DNA of 64,000 bases, taken from IMG/VR virus record IMGVR_UViG_3300042542_005523; one strand, written 5' to 3'. This DNA comes from a virus. Lineage: Duplodnaviria; Caudoviricetes. The first letter of the stretch is position 1, and every line of letters starts with the position of its first letter. A program made the translations under genes and the position numbers. This document shows positions 56,034 to 64,000 of this stretch, piece after piece. The notes beneath the pieces are model-generated. The model saw nothing but the letters and a program-made list of their open reading frames with translations, did not search any database and was not told where the DNA came from.

Positions 56034-56240
56034 TATAGCATAGCAACATTAAGATCCTTCGCATATAATACTGTTTCAACAATAGGTACTGATGTAGAGG
56101 ATATTGCAGGATTGGATGTGAAGATAAGAGCGGATAACACAAACGATTCATTGAAAATAGAGGCTAAAGGAGCGGGTGAGGATATAAGATGGACCGCTTA
56201 TATAGAGGGTGTTGGGATAGCGGTTTCTATAGTTCAGTAA
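56034..56240 (+). pseudogene. relic C-terminus of a fibre-type protein
   Basis: Start-less open frame ...VSTIGTDVEDIAGLDVKIRADNTNDSLKIEAKG...IRWTAYIEGV*; upstream 200 bp full of stops. Confidence 0.55.
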
Positions 56241-56245
56241 CAAAC

Positions 56246-56274
56246 GAAACAAAGATACCTCTTAATTGTATAAT
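56246..56274 (+). promoter_or_regulatory. putative promoter GAAAC-N16-TGTATAAT of glycan cluster 2
   Basis: Matches motifs at 9113-9140 and 34291-34319. Confidence 0.5.
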
Positions 56275-56289
56275 AAGGAAAGGTACTTC

Positions 56290-59052
56290 GTGAAGAAATT
56301 ATTGATAATAACCCCCCACCTATCGACTGGGGGATTACCGCAAGTTACGACAAACAAAATCCAACTTCTAAAGGATGATTACATCATTAAATGTATAGAA
56401 TACGGATGTTATTCATGGGATTTTGTTGTTCAGAAGAACCGTATCAAGAATTTGATCGGTGAGGAAAATCTTATTACATTATGGGATGATAAGAATGTTT
56501 TGATTAATGTTATTGACGAATTCCAACCTGATATTATATCTATGGAGGAATTCCCTGAATTTTTCATGGATAGCAATATCACAAGACAAATCTATAAAAA
56601 GGATCGCCAGTATAAAATCTTTGAAACCACACACGACTCAAGTTTCAACCCAAGATCTAAAGTTTGGCTCCCCGATAAGTTTATCTTCGTTAGTGTGTTT
56701 AATGCTATACAGTATTCAATGTTTGATGTACCTTATGATGTCATTGAATACCCTATTGAAAACAGGGAGAAGAGGAAGGACTTGTTCCAAGAAAAACTTG
56801 GGTTAGATAAGGGATGGAAACATGTTGTTAATGTTGGGTTATTCACTGAAAGGAAGAATCAAAAATACATTTTTGAAATTGCTCGTAAGTTAGAAAATGC
56901 TAAAATTAAATTTCATTTTATTGGTAATCAGGCGGATAACTTTAAGAGTTATTGGGAACCATTGATGAATAATAAACCTGAAAACTGTATTGTTTGGGGC
57001 GAAAAAGATAATGTATCTGAATTTTTGGAAGCGTCTGATTTATTCATGTTCCCATCAAAAGGAGATAGAGATAATAAGGAGTTAAACCCAATTGCTATTA
57101 AGGAAGCCATTGAATATGGTATTCCGATGATGATGTATAATCTTGATGTGTATTGTGGGAAATATGATAAACTATCCCATGTTAAATTTTTGACTGGTGA
57201 TATAGATAATGACGTAAATAATATGATTGATATTTTAAATGTGGGAGGTGTTGATTCACCAGGTGTTGATTCACCAGGTGTTGATTCACCATTCAGTTTT
57301 GTATTTAATAGTGATAATAATGAGATTATCATAAATTATACAGGTAATGAAAAGTTAAATCTTAGTGTTAGTGATTTAAATAATATTATGAATATTTTAA
57401 ATGTGGCAGATATCTATTCCCTATTCAATTTTGGATTCGATGGGGAAACTAATCAGGTTACCATAAATTATACAGGTAATGAAAAGTTAAACTTTAATGT
57501 TAGTATTAGGGACATGACATCAAGGGCTCCTATGTACTGGTTTAATCTACCCTTGGAGTACCCAATATTTTATTGGACAATACCTATACCAATTCACATT
57601 AAGAAATTTAAAGACAATCCTAATTTTAGAGGATTTTTGGTTGAGTTTTATGATGGGGAAACAAACGAATTGGTTTTTGACCACGACTTAATTGTTAATA
57701 GTAATTTCTTCCCAAAAATACCTGAGTTTAAATTCAAACCTTTGGATTGTAACTACATTAATTATTGTGAGTTCTTTGTTGATAGATGTTTTGATGATTT
57801 GAGATTAGAAAATCTTGACACAGTAATTGATATTGGGGCTAATGTTGGACTGTTTGCTAAGTATATGTATTCTGTGAACGCTAAGAAGGTTATCTTAGTT
57901 GAGGCTAATCCATACCTAAGAGAAAGTATTGAATACCATTTAGATACGGATTTAGAAAAATCAGTTATCTATATGAATCCAGTTTATAAAGAACACACTA
58001 AAATTGATTTTAGATTCTCAACGGAAAACTCAACAATTGGTTCAAATGTTTTTGATAGTAACGTGGGAGAATACGGACAACTTAGTAATTTAATCAGTTG
58101 TGACACTATCACTATTGATGATATCTACAAGGATAACGACTATGGTAGAATATCATTATTTAAATGCGATATTGAAGGTGGTGAATATCCTATTTTTGAA
58201 TCAATTACTGATGAACAGATTGGACTAGTTGATAGATTTATGGTTGAGTTCCACGAAAATACCGATGGACAGATTAATATTATACTTGAGAAATTAGATA
58301 GAAATAATTTTGAGTATGACATTATTGTTTATGAGATGGGTCGGAAAATTAGAGCAGATAGAAATTCTAAACATGGTGTTATCTTTGCTAAACCGAAAAA
58401 TGTTAAATTAAGGAAACCAGGTACTTTATCATCATCAGTTTATGATGTTACAAAAAGTTTTGAAGAACGATTGGCGGAATATACAGGAGCACCATATGCG
58501 GTTACTATTGATAACCAAAGTAACGCTCTGTTCTTGGCTTTGTATTATGAAAAGATTACAGGTAAAACAATTAAAATACCAAGTAGAACATATCCTTCGG
58601 TTCCTTGTGAGGTTATCCACGCTGGGGGTAAGGTTGAATTTGAACCTGTTTATGGGTCAACATTAAAAGGACCTTATCAGTTATCACCGACAAATGTATG
58701 GGATTCAGCATTAAGGTTTACTACCGACATGTATATACCAGGAACACATATGTGTTTATCATTTACAGGTCCATACAAACACCTAAAACTTGGTAAGGGT
58801 GGAGCAATCTTAACTGACGACTTTGAGGCTTATAAGTGGTTTAAGAGAGCTAGATATTCAGGTAGAAATGAAGTTTCGTATCATGATGATAATTTTGATA
58901 TGTTAGGATGGAATTTTTATATGATGCCTGAAATTGCGTCAAGAGGATTGTTACTTATGAACCAATTTTATAATATGGACGGGACACCTAAACATAATGA
59001 GGATTTGGAATTACCATACCCTGACTTATCAAAATTTGATGTTTATAAATGA
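56290..59052 (+). CDS. fusion: GT4-like glycosyltransferase + FkbM methyltransferase + DegT-type aminotransferase (GTG start likely 56290)
   Basis: PHLSTGGLPQ / VGLFTERKNQ / DLFMFPS / ELNPIAIKEA; VIDIGANVG / FKCDIEGGE; EERLAEYTGAPYAV / SFTGPYKHLKLGKGG. Confidence 0.85.
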   Translation: MKKLLIITPHLSTGGLPQVTTNKIQLLKDDYIIKCIEYGCYSWDFVVQKNRIKNLIGEENLITLWDDKNVLINVIDEFQPDIISMEEFPEFFMDSNITRQIYKKDRQYKIFETTHDSSFNPRSKVWLPDKFIFVSVFNAIQYSMFDVPYDVIEYPIENREKRKDLFQEKLGLDKGWKHVVNVGLFTERKNQKYIFEIARKLENAKIKFHFIGNQADNFKSYWEPLMNNKPENCIVWGEKDNVSEFLEASDLFMFPSKGDRDNKELNPIAIKEAIEYGIPMMMYNLDVYCGKYDKLSHVKFLTGDIDNDVNNMIDILNVGGVDSPGVDSPGVDSPFSFVFNSDNNEIIINYTGNEKLNLSVSDLNNIMNILNVADIYSLFNFGFDGETNQVTINYTGNEKLNFNVSIRDMTSRAPMYWFNLPLEYPIFYWTIPIPIHIKKFKDNPNFRGFLVEFYDGETNELVFDHDLIVNSNFFPKIPEFKFKPLDCNYINYCEFFVDRCFDDLRLENLDTVIDIGANVGLFAKYMYSVNAKKVILVEANPYLRESIEYHLDTDLEKSVIYMNPVYKEHTKIDFRFSTENSTIGSNVFDSNVGEYGQLSNLISCDTITIDDIYKDNDYGRISLFKCDIEGGEYPIFESITDEQIGLVDRFMVEFHENTDGQINIILEKLDRNNFEYDIIVYEMGRKIRADRNSKHGVIFAKPKNVKLRKPGTLSSSVYDVTKSFEERLAEYTGAPYAVTIDNQSNALFLALYYEKITGKTIKIPSRTYPSVPCEVIHAGGKVEFEPVYGSTLKGPYQLSPTNVWDSALRFTTDMYIPGTHMCLSFTGPYKHLKLGKGGAILTDDFEAYKWFKRARYSGRNEVSYHDDNFDMLGWNFYMMPEIASRGLLLMNQFYNMDGTPKHNEDLELPYPDLSKFDVYK
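57246..57290 (+). repeat. 3 x 15-nt tandem repeat aggtgttgattcacc (GVDSP x3)
   Basis: Exact in-frame triplication. Confidence 0.9.
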
Positions 59053-59675
59053 TAGTTGGATTCAATGAATATAAACACAAGTATCAATTTAATGTTATAG
59101 GTGTAATTCATGTTGGGGCTCATGTTGGTCAAGAATATAATGAATATATTGAAACATTTGGTTTAATCCCTACATATTGGTTTGAACCAATACCACATGT
59201 TTATAAAGAACTATCAAAAAATTTAGATGGGAAACCTAACACATTTTATTATAATGTTGCGATAGGTGAAAAAATTGGTATACATAAAATGTATCTTGAT
59301 GATGGTAACGGACAACAAAGTTCATCGTTATTAAAACCAAAAGAACATCAAAATTTTTATCCCCATATCAAATTTAGTGAAGAAAACACTATTAATATTA
59401 CCTTGAATACATTAGATTTTTATGGTATAGATAGTTGTAATGTTTTAGTTTTAGATACTCAGGGGTATGAGTTAAATGCTCTTAAGGGTTCAATTAATAC
59501 CTTAAAGAATATTGATTATATATTCACAGAATTTAATGATATTGAAATGTATGATGGTTGTCCATCAATTGAACAACTTGATGAATTTTTACAACCTTTT
59601 GGGTTTTACAGACAAGAAACATGGAATGTTGATGGAGTATGGGGTGATGCATTTTACTTAAAAAAATATGATTAA
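59049..59675 (+). CDS. FkbM-family methyltransferase (paralogue of 12194-12829)
   Basis: IHVGAHVGQE, WFEP, LDTQGYEL, YIFTEFN, WGDAFY. Confidence 0.9.
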   Translation: MIVGFNEYKHKYQFNVIGVIHVGAHVGQEYNEYIETFGLIPTYWFEPIPHVYKELSKNLDGKPNTFYYNVAIGEKIGIHKMYLDDGNGQQSSSLLKPKEHQNFYPHIKFSEENTINITLNTLDFYGIDSCNVLVLDTQGYELNALKGSINTLKNIDYIFTEFNDIEMYDGCPSIEQLDEFLQPFGFYRQETWNVDGVWGDAFYLKKYD

Positions 59676-60255
59676 AAAAGCTTTTATCGGTAATGGGGGA
59701 CATTTGAGAGAGGTAATCGCTCATACGAGATATGATGTTACTAGATTTGTTGAAGACGAATACTTCAACGGGGAACATAATACATTACCGTTATCGCAAT
59801 TCGATCCAAAAGAGTATTCTATTATGATTGCAATTGCTGACAGTCAGGTTAGAGCAAGAATTCAAAAATCATTGCCCGAAGACACCAGATATTTTTCATT
59901 CATCGATCCATCGGCAATTCTTTTGGATAGAAATATTGTAATCGGTGAAGGTTCATTTATTGGTGCAAATTGTGTAATAACTACTAATGTTAGTATTGGT
60001 AATCATTCAATTTTAAATAGAAATGTTAATATCGGACATGATTCGGTAATAGGTGATTTTTTTAGTGCTATGGCGGGGTCCGTAGTGTCAGGGAACGTTT
60101 CAATTGGCAATAATTGTTATATGGGTAACAATTCATCAATCCGTGAAAAAACAACTATTTGTGATGATGTGGTAATTGGGATGAATGGAAGTGTTGTTAA
60201 GAATATCGATAAACCTGGAACTTATGTTGGAGTTCCTGTTAATAAAATTAAATAA
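59668..60255 (+). CDS. NeuD/PglD-family sugar acetyltransferase
   Basis: GNGGHLRE, IAIAD...R, hexapeptide repeats (IGEGSFIG, IGHDSVIG), YVGVP. Confidence 0.9.
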   Translation: MIKKAFIGNGGHLREVIAHTRYDVTRFVEDEYFNGEHNTLPLSQFDPKEYSIMIAIADSQVRARIQKSLPEDTRYFSFIDPSAILLDRNIVIGEGSFIGANCVITTNVSIGNHSILNRNVNIGHDSVIGDFFSAMAGSVVSGNVSIGNNCYMGNNSSIREKTTICDDVVIGMNGSVVKNIDKPGTYVGVPVNKIK

Positions 60256-61991
60256 TGGAAAAATTACTTTCGGTTATAGTTCCGGCATATAATTTTGAAA
60301 AATACCTTGAAGAGTGTATAGATTCAATTTACAACCAAAAAATTATCTACGGATATGAGGTAATTGTTAGAGATGATTGTTCAAAAGATAATACTAAAGA
60401 TGTTTTAGTTAAACTAAAAGAAAAATACACCGATTTAAGAGTATTAAATGGTGATGTTAATTTGGGAGCGTTAGAAAATATAAGAACTTTATTAGATGCT
60501 TGTACGACAAAATATATCGCATATATTGATGGTGATGATTATTTTGACAATTATACAATTTTGAATGAAGAGGTTGAATTTTTAGAGAATAGCCCAAATT
60601 ATAGTATGGTATGTACCGGAACTAGATATTTGTATCCTAACGGGGCAAGAGTACCAGTAGTAACTGAGTTATTTATTAGCTCATTTCTTGACGATGTTAC
60701 AACGGATGACTTACTTACAATCAATCACGCTTCATTTGCGAGAGTGTTTAGAAACATACCAAATTTAATAAAAGATTACTTCAAAAATCTACCCTATGTT
60801 GATTGGCCACTTAACTATGAAATTAGTAAACATGGTTTAATTAAATGTATTCATAAGTGTGGTGGAATTTATAGAATATCTAATGATGGTATGTTCTCAA
60901 ATGTGTCTGAAGAGGAAAAAAACAAAAAAAATTCAATAGTTATTAATGAACTTAAAAGACAACATCTTAAAAATGATTTCAAAACAATAACTATAGTTGA
61001 TTGTTTTATTCATAATGAAAACGTTTTAGGTAAATTGGAGTTATGTATAAATAACTTAAAAAAATATAATCATACAATACTTTTGGTATCTAATACAATT
61101 GTGCCTGAACATATAATAAAAAATGTTGATTATCATCTATATAATTCTAATAATATTCTTTTTGAGGGTGAGTATACTGATTCAGAGCCAGTTGTATTTT
61201 GGAAAAAAGTCAATGGATTAACAATTTACGAAGTTATTAATACAATACAAAAACATGGATTACCTGTTATGGTTAATCTATTTAATTCATTGGACTTATG
61301 TAAATCACTTGGATTTACTCACTTCCAAAGAATCGAAGTTGATGATTTATATACTGACGAAGGTTATGAACATATGAGAAGTGTTCCTTTGATTTGTTCT
61401 GAGAAAAATAAAAAGGGTGTGTTCTATTTTAATGAAGGTAAAGATGTATCATTTCACTATTTTTATTGCGAGATAGAGTATTTCCAACAGATAATAAATA
61501 GAGTTAGTTGTGAAGAAGATTATAAAAATTATTTATTAACTCACGGATATGGTACTGATTTCATAAATGTTGAAAAATATCTATACGATAACATAAACAG
61601 GAATGATCCCGGTTTATTAATAAGAAAGGATGGTGAGGAAGAAATGAACTCTGATTTTTACGGAACATTATGGAATACAGAAACTACAGGTAGTAACGTA
61701 TCGTCTAAATTTAGAGGATGTTCAAGTAAACTTTATAAGATATTAGGACAAGAGCCTATAATGTTATTATCTTATAATTATAATAATTTTAGGTCCGAGA
61801 GAAAAATAATTGTAAATTACGTGGATAATACTTCTGGAGTGTTTTATCACGGTTTAGATAATTACGGACATTGGTCATTTAATATTTTTGAAAATGAAAT
61901 TGAAAAAATATTAGTATACGATAGTCAAACTGACGAATTTTTATATGAAATAATAAACGAAAACATTGTTGATTATATCGTTTTTTTATGA
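60255..61991 (+). CDS. GT2 glycosyltransferase with C-terminal extra domain
   Basis: VIVPAYNFEKY, RDDCSKD, YIAYIDGDDYF. Confidence 0.88.
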   Translation: MEKLLSVIVPAYNFEKYLEECIDSIYNQKIIYGYEVIVRDDCSKDNTKDVLVKLKEKYTDLRVLNGDVNLGALENIRTLLDACTTKYIAYIDGDDYFDNYTILNEEVEFLENSPNYSMVCTGTRYLYPNGARVPVVTELFISSFLDDVTTDDLLTINHASFARVFRNIPNLIKDYFKNLPYVDWPLNYEISKHGLIKCIHKCGGIYRISNDGMFSNVSEEEKNKKNSIVINELKRQHLKNDFKTITIVDCFIHNENVLGKLELCINNLKKYNHTILLVSNTIVPEHIIKNVDYHLYNSNNILFEGEYTDSEPVVFWKKVNGLTIYEVINTIQKHGLPVMVNLFNSLDLCKSLGFTHFQRIEVDDLYTDEGYEHMRSVPLICSEKNKKGVFYFNEGKDVSFHYFYCEIEYFQQIINRVSCEEDYKNYLLTHGYGTDFINVEKYLYDNINRNDPGLLIRKDGEEEMNSDFYGTLWNTETTGSNVSSKFRGCSSKLYKILGQEPIMLLSYNYNNFRSERKIIVNYVDNTSGVFYHGLDNYGHWSFNIFENEIEKILVYDSQTDEFLYEIINENIVDYIVFL

Positions 61992-62755
61992 TCGGATTAA
62001 CTATAACCACCTGTAAAAGAATTGATTTGTTTGAAAAGACAATATTAACATTTGTAAGTGAATGTGAAGATTGTAATTCAATTGATGTCATAATTCATTA
62101 CGATGATTCATCATCTTTGGATGATAGAAATAAAATGTTTACATTATTGAATACATTATTTACTGACACTTTAATAATATCTAAAAGATTTAATCCAAAT
62201 TCGTTTAACACTAATCGAAGACATTTAGAGATAATGAAAAAATGGAAAGAAGACATAAAATTTTTTAATGTGGATTATGTTTTTCATTTAGAAGATGACT
62301 GGTTATTTGAAAACAAATTTAGTATCCAAGAGGGTGTTGAATTATTAAAGAATAATGATGAAATTGCTATGGTTGGATTTTCATGGAAAAGAAAGATATT
62401 CCCGAAAGAATTATTTGAACCAAGGATTATTGGTAATTTTTGGGAGTGGTATTATTCTGATAAACATTATCTGAATGAACCTTTGTTTAATGATACGGTT
62501 GAAGAAACTTTACACGCAGATAAAGGAATGTGGATTAAATATATTAATTGGCCTTACTTCGGATTTAGACCGGCAATACATGATGTTAATAAATTAAATC
62601 AAATTGAAAATTTTAACGATAATATGGATTCTTTTGAGTTGGAATTTGCAATAAGGTTTGCAAAAAAATTCAAATCGTTTTTACATTTGGAAAAAATTTG
62701 TTATCATATTGGTGATGAAAATTCATCATATAATTTAAATAATTCTTTAAGATAA
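61988..62755 (+). CDS. putative GT-A glycosyltransferase
   Basis: ITTCKRIDLF, YVFHLEDDWLF, HIG. Confidence 0.7.
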   Translation: MIGLTITTCKRIDLFEKTILTFVSECEDCNSIDVIIHYDDSSSLDDRNKMFTLLNTLFTDTLIISKRFNPNSFNTNRRHLEIMKKWKEDIKFFNVDYVFHLEDDWLFENKFSIQEGVELLKNNDEIAMVGFSWKRKIFPKELFEPRIIGNFWEWYYSDKHYLNEPLFNDTVEETLHADKGMWIKYINWPYFGFRPAIHDVNKLNQIENFNDNMDSFELEFAIRFAKKFKSFLHLEKICYHIGDENSSYNLNNSLR

Positions 62756-63327
62756 TGGATTATAATTTTTTATGGGTACCTAAGACCACTTATCATAGGT
62801 CAGCACAAAGTCAGTTTGTTGTTGATGTTTTTCCTAAAATATTAAAAAATTTTGAATTGATAATTGAAATTGGAACATTTACAGGAGCGTTCACTTTATG
62901 GTTGTCTGAAAATAACTCTGATAGTTGTAAAATAATCTCTTACGATATTAATCCTGATTATTGTGAAGTTAATAATCTTAAAGATACCGAATTAAGAATT
63001 GGAGATTGTTTTGATATTGATGTTATGAAAGATATTCGTGATCTAATTAACAATTCGGGTAGAACTCTTTTTTTATGTGACGGAGGGGATAAGGAACTTG
63101 AGTTTAGATTATATTCAAAGTACTTGAAAAAGGATGATGTTATAATGCTCCACGATTATTCACATAGTGATGAAGAGTATAATATTATTAAACAAAAAAT
63201 AAACTGGCCAACAAATTCAGAATCACACTATAAGAATATTGAAAGATACTTACCTGAACTTAATTTAAGTACATATATGTATGATGATTTTAAACAAGTT
63301 TTATGGGGTTCGTTTATAAAAAATTGA
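62755..63327 (+). CDS. class I SAM-dependent methyltransferase (CmcI/Methyltransf_24-like)
   Basis: IIEIGTFTGAF, ISYDI, CDGGDK, IMLHDY. Confidence 0.75.
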   Translation: MDYNFLWVPKTTYHRSAQSQFVVDVFPKILKNFELIIEIGTFTGAFTLWLSENNSDSCKIISYDINPDYCEVNNLKDTELRIGDCFDIDVMKDIRDLINNSGRTLFLCDGGDKELEFRLYSKYLKKDDVIMLHDYSHSDEEYNIIKQKINWPTNSESHYKNIERYLPELNLSTYMYDDFKQVLWGSFIKN

Positions 63328-63328
63328 T

Positions 63329-64000
63329 ATGAATTATAAGATTAAATTAGTTCATTTACAGACAACACAGAATGAACATAGAGAAAAACTATCACGAAAA
63401 TCTATACAACAAGTAATACCTTATGGCATTGAATATGTTTTGCATCAGAACGAGCTGTATACCTCCTTACCTCCAGTTCATACAAGTGTTAGACCACATA
63501 ATGTTAGGATCGGTAAGTATGAAGATGTTAATGACCCTGAATATGGGAACGCATTAACTCCAGCTCACTACGGATGCTTTGAGGCTTTTAAAATTGGTAT
63601 CCTATCAGAATTTGATAATGATTTAGATTTCTTAATTGTCTGTGAGGGTGATTGTATAATAGAAGTACCCATTGAAGAATTTATAGATAAAGTTAATTGT
63701 GTATGTGGTATTGTTAATCAGGAAGATGTTTCTTATTTTTCATTTGGGGATACCAAAACTTTAGATTATGGGTGGCATCAATCAGATGTTGTTAGAGAAA
63801 TACCAAATCAGGATTTATTGTTTATTACTAATAAAATAATTGGTTTACAATGTGTTATGTTTTCAAAAAAATCACGTAAAATAATTATGGATCAATTAAG
63901 AACACATAGATGGGATTGTGCTGACACATTTTTTAATATGATATGTGGTGAACAAAGATTAACTATGGGTATTTTGAAAAAGAGAATAACAACACAAGTG
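63329..64000 (+). CDS. GT25-like glycosyltransferase (partial, runs off window)
   Basis: Open from ATG 63329 to the end; AHYGCFEAF and LIVCEGDC resemble GT25 GCxxSH / IxEDD. Confidence 0.6.
   Translation, partial: MNYKIKLVHLQTTQNEHREKLSRKSIQQVIPYGIEYVLHQNELYTSLPPVHTSVRPHNVRIGKYEDVNDPEYGNALTPAHYGCFEAFKIGILSEFDNDLDFLIVCEGDCIIEVPIEEFIDKVNCVCGIVNQEDVSYFSFGDTKTLDYGWHQSDVVREIPNQDLLFITNKIIGLQCVMFSKKSRKIIMDQLRTHRWDCADTFFNMICGEQRLTMGILKKRITTQV

Noticed and set aside
1-64000. Stop-codon reassignment (code 15 or 4)
   Set aside because: Core genes are full length in the standard code, no suppressor tRNA is present, and gene packing is tight.

Overview
A 64-kb segment of a large T4-like (jumbo/huge) tailed dsDNA phage read in the standard genetic code. 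The host is probably a Bacteroidota (inferred from a BT1714-like KDN-9-P synthase, rpsU and the lack of clear SD motifs). From left to right: (i) an array of tRNA-Leu-framed elements with constant acceptor/D/T arms and unrelated inserts, interleaved with small ORFs and two unexplained structured RNAs; (ii) tRNA-Arg, then a short leader ORF plus terminator/antiterminator in front of seven tRNAs (Ser-UGA, Asp, Ser-GCU, Thr, Cys, His, Leu). The leader core uses only those six amino acids, which looks like a translation-coupled attenuator controlling a tRNA operon; (iii) ferritin, YkuK, DUF4326, an Mtd_N fibre gene, an N-domain-less ClpC and ribosomal protein bS21; (iv) a 20-kb glycan island (GT7, GT77-like, GT11, GT2, GT6, FkbM and other methyltransferases, DegT, KDN/sialic-acid synthase and cytidylyltransferase, a four-step 2-hydroxyethylphosphonate pathway, Gmd); (v) three large helical proteins with T4 capsid-targeting-like N-termini; (vi) UvsX, gp41-like helicase, gp47/gp46; (vii) PKD protein, gp15-like tail completion protein, a second Mtd_N fibre and a 4015-aa Gly-X-Y Ser/Thr repeat fibre; (viii) a second glycosylation cluster running off the window end. 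Protein assignments come from recognised motifs only; no database search was possible.
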